A DNA stretch of 64,000 nt from positions 26,461,175 to 26,525,174 of the forward strand of contig NC_092677.1 in NCBI RefSeq assembly GCF_964355755.1. The letters are read 5' to 3'. The notes beneath the pieces were generated by a model. It worked only from the letters and a program-made list of their open reading frames with translations, ran no database searches and had not been told where the DNA came from. The stretch is from Antedon mediterranea (taxonomy: Eukaryota > Animalia > Echinodermata). Positions 13,141-23,848 of the stretch are shown piece after piece (within the stretch, counting starts at the first letter, position 1; the number at the start of each line of letters is the position of its first letter). Both the position numbers and the translations under genes were made by a program.

Positions 13141-13849
13141 AATTAATTACATTTTCGTATATATTCTGAGACTGTGAGGTATACATATATATTATATTAT
13201 AGTACGTTGTATTTTCGTTCATTTATTTACTACATGAAAACATTTTTGTAATATATTTGTAAATTTATATTTTAAGTTAGGGTGCCACAGATTAAAAGCT
13301 TTGCTTGCTTGTGGTTACCCTGTTTTTCACACTTTATTGTACTTAATTTTTTATTTATATTTTTATGAATGTTGTGTGAAAAATAAAAGAATCAATCAAT
13401 CAATCAATATGGGCACATAATGTTTGATAGTATAGACAAGGGTTAAGCTTAACTTACGGTTGTTTCAACGCCTCCGTCTTTTGTCTCTCTTAGCTTCAGT
13501 TTACATTCGTTAGATACAGCTTTGATCACAAACAGCTGGGTGGGGAGGGTAACATTATAGGCCTATAATCATGGAAACGAGAATTGTAACGAAAATATTT
13601 TTCAAACTGTATGGCATCTCTACATATAGAGAAAAATATACAGAAAATTCTGGTCTAGAAAAGTTGGATGGCAATTTGTCCCCTTTCGGGTGGTGATATC
13701 CCCCCTCCTGCCACCGGACTAATAACCCATCTAAAATATATCGCACGTGATTTAGGCCTAGATTAATTTCCTTATTTTTGAGAGAAGTTGCAAGGCGCTG
13801 AATTCTGTTTCCAAACAGTACAGTTTTGTTCCTCCCACTGATGCCAGTG

Positions 13850-14056
13850 GCAGTCTTCTCTAGCATCCAAATATATGCTGGGTTCGACTGTTTTTAACCC
13901 CTCCTCCCACCCGGCCCCAGAGAGCAGAGTGGTTTCAGTCACTGTCAGTCGCATCCAAGAGGCAGTCTTCTCTAGCGTCCAAATATATACTGGGTCCGAC
14001 TGTTTTTAACCCCCCTCCCACCCGGCCCCAGAGAGCAGAGTGCAGGTTTCAGTCAC
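13850..14056. repeat. ~120-bp tandem duplication
   Basis: ggcagtcttctctagc...cccagagagcagagtg...gtttcagtcac occurs twice. Confidence 0.8.
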
Positions 14057-14411
14057 ATGGTTTTAAAATACTATCCTGCCCTCAACGTTTAAATTTAGTT
14101 AGACTGTACGCCAATTTGTCCTTACGCCAATTTTTGTCCTTACGCTAATTTTTGTCCTTTCGGCAATTTAACCATACGGCAATTTGTTCATACGGCAATG
14201 TGTGCGTTTGTTGTCCGTACGGCAATATTTGTTTTTCACACGATGAATTATGTCTTTAACGCCATTTGTTTGGCTTACGGGAGCGAAATTGTTCGTACAG
14301 CAACGTTTGTCTATTTTGGCCCTAATGGCCGCCCATATTTGTTTGGCTTACGGGAGCGGAATTGTTCGTACAGCAAGGTTTGTCTATTTTGGCCTTAATG
14401 GCCGCCCATAC

Positions 14412-14574
14412 GGTAGAGCTAATAAATTTGGGATTTATAAACGCGGAGGCGTGTACACATAATAGTACAAGGAGTAGAGGTTGGCGGTTATGGCTGATGG
14501 ACAACGTATGGAAACCGGCGAAAGAGTTTTTCTTTAAAAGAGCGATACCCGCTGTGGGTATGAGACACGAATAA
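14412..14574 (+). pseudogene. Family B paralog B1' (3' fragment, frameshifted)
   Basis: GRANKFGIYKRGGVYT* then, in another frame, STRSRGWRLWLMDNVWKPAKEFFFKRAIPAVG, matching B1. Downstream 14585-15420 duplicates the B1 3' region and the A2 last exon (about 6960-7860). Confidence 0.8.
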
Positions 14575-15105
14575 AAAAAAACTTTAAATACTAATATTTG
14601 ATTTATAATGTACCAAAAGAACAGGACATAATATATAGTGAATTCGACAGGCATGGAAATCTTTCTCTGTTTATGTTTTAAAAGTGTTTTTAGTTATATT
14701 TTTTCTATTTTTATAATAATTTAAACTGAGCTCCGGGAATGCAAAATTGAAAATACATTGAAAAGATATATTTTAAACTTTTAGCCTTCGATATATTTGT
14801 TTTAAACGATGATTGTTATTGTTAATTGCTGCAATGTATTTAATTATTAAACTAGTTTTAACATGAAGCGAGATAAGAAGAAATAAGTGGAAACTATTCC
14901 TCACATAGAATACCAGAGGTGAAAAGTCATCATTAACTCATATATGGGAGATATTAAGTATATAAACAGATAAGAATGAGATAGTGCTTGTGATATTATA
15001 GTCATATTGTACAATATTTTTAATTTACTGCTAAAAAGTTAGAAACAAAAAGGTGCTTTCACACAGGGCGTATGATTACAAATGAATAAATATTGAATTA
15101 ATAAA

Positions 15106-16103
15106 TTATGAAATCAAACAGGAGCTGTTGTGTCGTTCAATTATCTGGAACTCTGAATTTGAATCAACGAATCCTATGACGTGATTTGCATCAGGTGATT
15201 TACCCGCCACCACATGGAATGACGTATCATCTTTACCGTAGACCGAAAGTTTAGTGTTTTCCCAACAAATATTATTTCGTTTCTCCAGTGCACTTATACA
15301 CGCCTGAATGAGTCGTCTGAGGGCGGCTTGTTCAGTTGTTTGACTGACGCCCTCATTACCGAGTAACCAAAGCATGATTCGACCCAAAGTACTTTTATTA
15401 ATTTCATCAACTTCAAACTGTAATAAGAAAAGGTTTTAAATATTTGATATGTAGGCCTAAATGTAAATACACGTTTAGAAGAAAAAGAATCATTTAAAAA
15501 AAAGACTTAGTATTTAATGTAACATGCATTGCGCCGCAATGAGTTTATCAAAATAACGTGCGCTTTAAGTGTTAATATTACATAGCCTATGTAAATACGT
15601 GAACGTGATTGGTTGAAACTGCATTACATGACTACCGCTGCGAGGATCGTAATATAATATATCCTCGAGTACGATGATATTGACTGGGTAATTTTCGCGT
15701 AATTATCGTGTCCCTGTCATTTAACATATAAAATCCAGCCAATTCTTGAGTACGATGATATTGACTGTGTAATTTTCGTGTGGCATGCAACACTCGCGGT
15801 TGGCGGTATATAAACAAAAGTCAACTACTGAGACTTGAACTCGCGAAGATTTTTCCACACCATTACAAGACAACGTTTTACAAGCCGCGCTACGCAACTT
15901 GCTTTGATGAAATTAATCAACTAATTTAAAAACTCTGTATAATGTTAACTTACTACAATCTCCCCTTGTTCTTTATCATTTAAAACTGCAGCAATAGTTG
16001 TTTTAATCGTCCTGCATTTTATCTTGATTCTTTCGTCATACTCTCCATATAATATCAACTGTGCAGTACGCATTGCTTCTGGTCTTACATTATTGCTGAA
16101 CTT
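15106..16103 (-). pseudogene. Family A gene A3 (5'-truncated)
   Basis: Intact last exon 15106-15417 (ends SSCLIS*). The penultimate exon 15954-16103 matches A4 20212 onward, but identity stops abruptly at 16103. Confidence 0.8.
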
Positions 16104-17937
16104 GGTTGGTGTGCTGTCGCCACGGTCCAGCGAGATCACCTTGAGAGGTATGAGGCTGTCGTCAAGACCCAGCAGGAGATCAGAACGTAGAGAAATACAA
16201 AGACTCCGCCAATGCGTATAAAGAGGTTTGTAAATATTTGTTCCCAAATAATTAATTTATCTACGGTTATTCTTATTTATCTGAACGCTTTATAAAGACG
16301 TGTTCAGATACTTTTTATAAAGCGTTATGTTTGTTTATAGTTTTTTTAACATTGTGTATTTTCGTACAAACAATAACATTTACCGTATATCTTTCGTTCT
16401 TCAATCTGTCTACCAGACGTCCAAAAAAGCCATGGAGGTCCTTAAAGAAAACACCAAAGCCGAACGTAAAGAACATGCCAGAAAAACGCGTGAGGCTGAA
16501 GCCAACGCAAAGGCAGAACGTGAAGTAAAAGCCAAGAGACTTAGAGCAGAACGTGAAGAACATGCCAGAAGAATGCATGAGGCTGAAGCCAAAGCCCAGG
16601 CCGCACGTGAAGAATATGCCAGACGAATACGCGAGGCAGAAGCCGCAGCAGCTGCTGCTGCTGCTGCTGCCCAGGGCAGAACGTGAAGAGCGTGCCAGAC
16701 AAAAACGCGAGGCCGAAGCCGCAGCTGCTGCCAGGGCAGAACGTAAAGAGCGTGCCAGACGAAAACGCGAGGCCGAAGCCGCAGCTGCTGCCAGGGCAGA
16801 GCGTGAAGCATTTGCCAGAATACGCGAGGACGCTGCCAGGGAAGCTGCTGCTGCTGCTGCTGCCACGGCAGAACGTGAAGAGCGTGCCAGACAAAAACGC
16901 GAGGCCGAAGCCGCAGCTGCTGCCAGTGCAGAACGTAAAGAGCGTGCCAGACGAGAACGCGAGGCCGAAGCCGCAGCTGCTGCCAGGGCAGAACGTGAAG
17001 CATTTGCCAGAATACGCGAGGACGCTGCCAGGGAAGCTGCTGCTGCTGCTGCTGCCACGGCAGAACGTGAAGAGCGTGCCAGACAAAAACGCGAGGCCGA
17101 AGCCGCAGCTGCTGTCAGTGCAGAACGTAAAGAGCGTGCGTGCCAGACGAGAACGCGAGGCCGAAGCCGCAGCTGCTGCCAGGGCAGAACGTGAAGCATT
17201 TGCCAGAATACGCGAGGCCCGTGCCAGGGGAGCTGCTGCCAGGGCAGCACATGAAGCTAGAGCTGAAGCCGAACGAAGGGTTTGTACAAAATGTATTTCC
17301 CTTAATTATATCTGTCAGAATGTTTAAATTCCACTTAGTTGAGCAAAAATATATTTTAAGTGTACGTACTCTGAACCCTTATGTAAACTTTTATAACTAT
17401 TTTATAATTTCTTTTACTAATAATACAATTATTGATCATTATAAGTCCAGTGTCATTAAAAACAGTTCGCTATGACTACCATGATTATATTATTGTAGTT
17501 TAATTTTAAAATACCTTGTATATTGATTGATTTTTCACAATGTCATGAAACTTTAATTTAATAATAATAATTTTTTTTTTATTTTAACACAGAGAAGAGT
17601 GTCAAAACACATTAATTGTTATAGAAAGATTACGATTGGGCACGCTAATGATCTACAGATAGATGATGATTTGAAGGATGCTACAAAGCAACTGATTAGC
17701 CAATTACCGGATCATGCTCTTAAAGATGCATTAATTGATATAAGGGCAACATCAACCAGCCCAGCAAGCTCACTCTATGCAGGGGGAAAAACTAATAAAT
17801 TTGTCATTTATAAAAGTGGCGGAGACATTGATTTTGAGACGAGGGCAAAAAGTTGGCGGCTTTGGTTCCACACCGGATTAGTCTGGGTAAGAAATCTCTT
17901 CAGAAGTGACGAAAATCAAGAAGCTATTTGCTATTAA
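16104..17937 (+). pseudogene. Family B gene B2 with long E/R/A-rich helical repeat; 5'-truncated, two frameshifts
   Basis: Degenerate exon about 16104-16225. Exon 16417-17279 (TSKKAMEVLKE...AEREERARQKREAEAAAAAR repeats) has a +1 shift near 16671 and a +4 shift near 17137. Phase-0 exon 17593-17937 (RRVSKHINCYRKITIGHANDLQID...YAGGKTNKFVIY...RAKSWRLWF...) is homologous to B1/B3. The frameshifts could be assembly errors within the repeat. Confidence 0.7.
16676..17260 (+). repeat. Coding tandem repeat: 60/60/72-bp units in a 192-bp higher-order repeat
   Basis: acgtgaagagcgtgccagacaaaaacgc recurs at 16681, 16873 and 17065. Confidence 0.9.
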
Positions 17938-18335
17938 ACGGCCTTTACCTCAATGCCAAAATAATACATAGGTCATAGATTGTTATTGATAGATATTGTT
18001 TAAAATAATTAGCATTAATTTAGTACTACGTAAAATGGATTAATTTTCTAAATTATTCAAGTGCAAAAATTATAACCTACACAAAACATAATTTGGTAAA
18101 AATGTTAACAGAATTAACAAATAAATATGATACATAATACATTGTATAGTTTTTGCAAGTAAAATAATATTAATAGCAATAACATTAACATAACATATTA
18201 AACCTTATTAATTTTAAACTTATATTAGTAGTATAACATGTTAAGGTCATTATTGTTCTGATTTTGCTTTACTATTATTATTAGATTATACTCAGTTAAA
18301 GAGCTTTCATATTATGCGTTGATTTCCCTTTCCAA

Positions 18336-18635
18336 TTATTTTTTGGTTAATGTATACGTAATTATATTTTCTATATTTTCGAAATAAAAGATTGAATGAA
18401 TTCCTGGTTTGAATGAATATTCCTGGTTTTGAATGAACTTTATTTCGATTGAAATTGTGTAGATTGATCTTTTGACTGAAGTATGACGTTTATTACCACA
18501 GAATACTATCGATAAGCCTGATCTGTGCAGAAACCACGGGGTGTTGATTTTCTCATTAAATGCCATAGGGCTGGCAAAAAAAAATCCATCTATTAGACAA
18601 GAAACTAGCTGTAAGAATTTAGGCACGAACCATAT
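18336..18635 (-). pseudogene. Possible orphan relic exon related to family A module 2
   Basis: After a tatAG acceptor, in frame: IWFVPKFLQLVSCLID...SGLSIVFCG...IKFIQNQE, versus A1 exon 3 LKIDIPNCSCLAD...SNLKLIFCG...IMVHQNEK. Confidence 0.4.
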
Positions 18636-19361
18636 CTATACTCTTTAAAATGATCTAAACCCCTCGTATAAAATAAATTGTTATTTCATAAAATATGAAT
18701 AGGCCTACTGATTGTGTTGATGCAGGCCATAAAGTTTTCGTTTAACTAGAACCATCGTACTAACAAAATTCTTTTCTTTATTGTTACACTCTGTATGATG
18801 TTTCTTCTTTTGGTAAAAAACATTTGAAATTTCAAACTTTTATTTTGATATCATTGGCATCTTTAAACGGAAAATAATTGTTACAATTAGCAATATAATG
18901 TGCGATATAAAGTTCATAGCCAGCACCCTTTGTCTCACAAGGGCTGCAAATATTTGATCAGTGCTCAAAGTCCGCATAAGTTGGGGACGCCAAATGCCTC
19001 TCTGTACATGCGGGACCCAGGGGTCAAAACCGTATTTTGAGAGAGTTTTAAGCGACTTAAGAGCAGAGCCATATATATAAATATGGCTCTGCTTAGGAGA
19101 GGTTAAATTAGTTTTTTATGGTACATTTTACAGGGATATTTATTGAAAATGTACCCGTTTTGCTGTTTCATTTGAAAACCATTCTTTTATTTGAATTTTT
19201 AAAGAAAATTGGATAAATTATGTCACAAATTGTTCCATTTTCAGAACTACCTATATGACATAGGGCATAGACAATTTAGGTTGTAATGTATGCCTATGTA
19301 TTGTTCTCTTTCTGGCTGCAGACCAATCCGTAGTTTTGTACGTTCATAATGTGCAAAATTA

Positions 19362-22009
19362 TTACGAAATTAAACAGGAGCTGTTGTGCCGCTCAATTAT
19401 CTGGAATTCTGAATTTGAATCAACGAATCCTATGACGTGCTTACGATCACGTGATTTACCCGCCACCACATGGAATGACGTATCATCTTTACCATAGAGA
19501 GAAAGTTTAGTGTTTTCCCAACAAATGTTATTTCGTTTCTCCAGTGCACTTATACACGCCTGAATGAGTCGTCTGAGGGCGGCTTGTTCAGTTGTTTGAC
19601 TGACGCCCTCATTACCGAGTAACCAAAGCATGATTCGACCCAAAGTACGTTTATTAATTTCATCAACTTCAAACTGTAATAAGAAAAGGTTTTAAATATT
19701 TGATATGTAAATGTAAATACACGTTTAGAAGAAAAAGAATCATTTAAAAAAAAAGACTTAGCATTTAATGTAACATGCATTGCGCCGCAATGAGTTTATC
19801 AAAATAACGTGCGCTTTAAGTGTTAATATTACATAGCCTATGTAAATACGTGAACGCGATTGGTTGAAACTGCATTACATGACTACCGCTGCGAGGATCG
19901 TAAATCATTATATCCTCGAGTACGATGATATTGCCTGGGTAATTTTCGCGTAATTATCGTGTCCCTGTCATTTAACATATAAAATCCAGCAAATTCTTGA
20001 GTAGGCCTACGATGATATTGACTGTGTAATTTTCGTGTGGCATGCAACACTCGCGGTTGGCGGTATATAAACAAAAGTCATCTACTGAGACTTGAACTCG
20101 CGAAGATTTTTCCACACCATTTACAAGACAACGTTTTACAAGCCGCGCTACGCAACTTGCTTTGATGAAATTAATCAACTAATTTAAAAACTCTGTATAA
20201 TGTTAACTTACTACAATCTCCCCTTGTTCTTTATCATTTAAAACTGCAGCAATAGTTGTTTTAATCGTCCTGCATTTTATCTTGATTCTCTCGTCATACT
20301 CTCCATATAATATCAACTGTGCAGTACGCATTGCTTCTGGTCTTACATTATTGCTGAACTTTGACCAACTTTCCAGAAGTTCTTTCCCAGTTAAAAATCC
20401 AGACGCTGACAGTTTGTTCAAAAGTGACGATATGCGTCGTTCGCAAGCTGGATCAGAGAGTCTATTTACTTCCACAGTTACCTGTTGAATCATGAATAAT
20501 ACAAATCAAAATATATAATGTAGGCCTTCCCGATAATATTCCAAGTTAAAACAATGGGAATTTAGGCCACGACGGGTCAGTTGAAGGCACTCCCATATCG
20601 GATGGCTGATTTTAAGTAATTTGTATTATTAAAAATCATTACAATCATTTTTCCACTTACCCAAGGTATAAACAAGGCCGGACCACTATAGTCGCCCAAA
20701 AGAAGAGAGATCGTACAGACGTACAAATAACTTATTGTTTATCGAATGCAAAAATAAACCATGCGCCGTATAGTAGCCACATTAATTAGTTTAAATCGAA
20801 CTATCGATTTATCGAATAAAATATAATGACTTTCCTTTTAATAATTAACCATTCTTGAATAGTCCCATGGTGGCAATAGAGATATGCTTAACATACTTTT
20901 CAGAGGATGCGAGGCCTACTAGTGAAGTAACGAGAAGTCATGCATGAGTACCCAGCGCGTTTATCCTTGCTCGATAATTACACGCAGTGTTTTATGCGCG
21001 CCGTCTCTTGCGTTACACTGATAATATACACATTCCCAATTTGGTATTGAAATATAAATTATTATTTTAAACTGAATTATACAGTTATCTTGAAATGAGC
21101 TCGCATAAAAAAGAAGTCATCACCAGAAAATGAATTCCACCTCAAAATCTAAAGACCTGTCTACACTATCAAACTAGTTTGACAACAAAAGTGTGATGTG
21201 CCTAAATATGGTAGTGATATGTCCCGATATGGTAGTGATATGACATCATAATGTCCATATATGGGCACATCACATTTTTTGTCACATAATGTTTGATAGT
21301 GTAGACAATGCTTACGGTTGTTTTAACGCCTCCGTCTTTTGTCTCTCTTAGCTTCAGTTTACATTCATTCGATACAGCTTTGATCACAAACAGTTCAACT
21401 TTGTTGTACGATTCCAATGTTCCTTTACCAATGCCATTGTCTGTCTCCTCGCATATCCAATCTGCGCATGCGTGCGCGTATTTTCGTTGCTTCAATCTGG
21501 TATCTTTGAAACACGAATCACGTCTTAACTTTTGAAATAGCTTTTCAATTGATGATTCGAGTAACAATCTGGTTAAAACATCAGTGACTTTATCAGAAAT
21601 CTGGAGATCAAATAAAATGTATGGAATTATTTTAAAGGCCTATACTAGGATGTCGCCAAAAGGTTTTTGAAGTTGGGTTGGAACCGTTTAACACATCTCA
21701 ATAGCTATATCTACAATATCAAACTTAATGAACATGTGATGTGCCTAAGTTTGATAGAGTTTAGACATAGAGCTTAATGAAAATCTTTTGCCTACGTATA
21801 CAATTCTCCTTCAAAACATGCCCTTTTTAAAAACTAAAGTTTACAGAGAGAAAATCTATACCAATATATTTTGGCTAACTGGGTTTAATTAGTGTTTTTT
21901 TGCCTACCTGTGACTCGTTCGTTGGTTGTTGGGCGTGGTCGTTGTAATTTGGCGTAGAACCTGTAAGCCACCGTAAACCATGTAAAGCCGACGGTATCCA
22001 CCCCGACAT
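19362..22009 (-). CDS. Family A gene A4: unknown ~322-aa three-module protein with C-terminal CaaX (CLIS)
   Basis: Coding exons 21908-22009 (MSGWIPSALHGLRWLTGS...), 21316-21600, 20212-20481 and 19362-19673. All introns are phase-0 GT-AG and the frame is open. Probable 5'-UTR exon ending at 22348. Confidence 0.82.
21153..21307. mobile_element. MITE family 1 (PIF/Harbinger-like)
   Basis: TIR ...tgtctacactatcaaac / gtttgatagtgtagaca, with an internal ccaaatatggtagtgatatg repeat. Confidence 0.85.
21701..21776. mobile_element. MITE family 1, degenerate short copy
   Basis: agctatatctacaatatcaaac...gtttgatagagtttagacatagagct. Confidence 0.55.
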
Positions 22010-22449
22010 AATTGTTATGTGCTGAACTAATTATGCCACTTTACAATCTAGAACAAAATAACAAATATCAAATTTTAAATTAATTAATTACATAAAACTA
22101 TTACACAGTTTAATATAAAAATGACTATGATAAATAGGCCTACGGTATCGTTATTGAGGAAGTACGCCTATAAACACGCAACGCCGCAATGACAATACTT
22201 AAATAGTAGGGTAGTGTATCTTAAATATTTCTTACATTACATTCCTATTTTGAACTATTTCAGTTTCATCTAAAATGAAGATGAAAACCAAAGCTTTGTT
22301 CCTTATAAGTTTAAAAATTATAATCAACATGTTAAAATATATTTTACCTTTCTTATGACGATTTTAGCCCAAAACAATCGCTCGTTTGATGTACGAATCT
22401 TTCCAAAATGTATTATTCCTGTGAATAATTCAGCGTAAATATTTCTTAT

Positions 22450-22800
22450 CATTCGAAGAAGCTAGTGTTGCGATGAGCAAGAATACCGAAGGCGTTAACG
22501 AATTCCCGTGGTTCAAAAACTCATTTGCCAATGCGCAACCAATCGTTCACGATGCGTCGTTAAACGCGATGAATCGAACACCCGATGAAAGAATTTCAAA
22601 TTACTTAGGATAAATTGGCAACGAATTATCTTGAGATGAGGCTCATTGGGAATTAAATGACTCTTCTTAACACTTTCAAAAATTCATCAATCATCATTCT
22701 TTAATTCTCATGACGTTTTATAGTCTTGAACAATATTGAATCAATAATACAATTACCATTTCACTAATAAGGTTGAAATGAACCAATTATTTGAATCTTT
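22450..22800. promoter_or_regulatory. Putative bidirectional promoter between A4 and B3
   Basis: Divergent first-exon donors at 22347 (minus) and 22848 (plus), 500 bp apart, with a locally CpG-richer interval. Positional inference only. Confidence 0.45.
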
Positions 22801-23190
22801 CGTTTGAACGTTGAAAACATTCATACTTTTGCAGTCTTTCCGAAAAGGTAAGTACTAACAAAATATTAACATTGTTAATTATTTTAAATAATTGTAAAAT
22901 GATGGTATTTTGAATGTTTCATCACCGTAATCTCTGGAAAGTCTTCAAATAGTTAAAATGTTTATAACTGTTTAATTATAAGTTTAGTTTGGTATTTTAA
23001 ACTCCATGCATTATAGTAGGTACTGTTGATAAAATACATAAAGGCAGTGTAGTGTCAGATAGTTAGAATGTACTTTGTCATTAACACTAAACACACTAAT
23101 AGTTCGATGATTAAATGAATGCATGTGCGCTGCTAAACATCTGTTTTGTTGTTTTTTTTATATTGCAGTAAATGCGAGGCAGATCAAAGT

Positions 23191-23848
23191 ATGGCTGAGG
23201 TAAATATATCGAAAAAACAATATCAACATTTAATAAAGTTTAGTAGGGTACACCGCATATCGGTGAATGTTTCCCGATACAAAAAAAGCTGCATCGAAAC
23301 GTTTTACAGGCGATGTGTATATAGTTGTAGTAAACGTTATTACATTAAATTCTGTTTTCAGATGAATAAAAACAAATCCAAATGAATTTTATTTTGTTTT
23401 CTAGCCTAATCAACCGATCGACGCCGCTGTGACGGTAATAGATTGCGGAGAAGAGGTGACGTTTGGAGACGTTCACCGTCTCCGAGCTACAATCGGAAAC
23501 GAAAACGACGACAGCAATAAACTATTAGACGTGGCGTTTAATTTCGTAGCCAAAGAACCAAAATGGATTTTCAAAGACGCTGAAATTGCATTTTCGATGC
23601 CGAATCACTGCTACATCATGCATTCTGGGAAAAGAACCAATCAGTATGTTATCCTGATCGGAGAATCTGGACAAGCCGAGGTAAGACTTCGGGAACGAGG
23701 CTGGAAATTATTTATGCGGGATCAAGCTGTAGCTATCTGGAACTGGGCTTGGGAGAATCAAGGCACCATCATAGGCCTGGCTCAACTTATATCTATCCTT
23801 GTTGGCCGAAGAGAGGCAATTGAATTCAGAGAAAATACATCCAGTTAA
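23191..23848 (+). CDS. Family B gene B3: unknown ~150-aa protein
   Basis: Non-coding exon ending at 22847 (GTAAGT). Exon 23169-23199 carries ATG GCT GAG (MAE). Exon 23405-23848 in phase 0: PNQPIDAAVTVIDCGEEVTFGDVHRL...HSGKRTNQYVI...RERGWKLFMRD...IIGLAQLISILVGRR...*. Confidence 0.8.

Larger units (their letters stand above)
9071..13406 (+). mobile_element. Near-full-length, decayed non-LTR retrotransposon (CR1/L2-group, Crack/Daphne-like LINE)
   Basis: ORF1 and ORF2 (APE + RT), a 3' stem-loop (agggtgccaca...tgtggttaccct, 13279-13321), AATAAA and an (ATCA)n tail at about 13391-13406. No TSD. Splits a MITE into 8949-9070 and 13407-13440. Confidence 0.9.
8949..13440. mobile_element. MITE family 1 copy split by the LINE (8949-9070 + 13407-13440)
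   Basis: The left TIR agctctgtctacactatcaaac and right part ...gtttgatagtatagaca flank the LINE. An uninterrupted paralogous copy lies at 21153-21307. Confidence 0.85.
7518..13535 (-). pseudogene. Family A gene A2 (pseudogene)
   Basis: Exons 7518-7829 (internal CAA>TAA stop at 7740-7742 relative to A3/A4), 7994-8263 (open, 90 codons) and a 5'-truncated remnant 13458-13535 of the exon that is 21316-21600 in A4. The intron between carries a MITE plus LINE insertion. Confidence 0.8.

Noticed and set aside
15945-16247. 100-aa minus ORF suggesting a new family-A variant
   Set aside because: Chimeric: only 15954-16103 is family A; the rest is antisense to the B2 remnant across the breakpoint.
16315-17250. 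Several minus-strand and alternative-frame ORFs (ASASR-, LPWQQL-, QNVKSVPD-rich)
   Set aside because: Shadows of the GC-rich B2 coding repeat.
22480-22800. NF-kB/IRF/CRE-like words in the A4/B3 intergenic region
   Set aside because: Partial matches expected by chance in AT-rich DNA, and not clearly shared with the A1/B1 interval.
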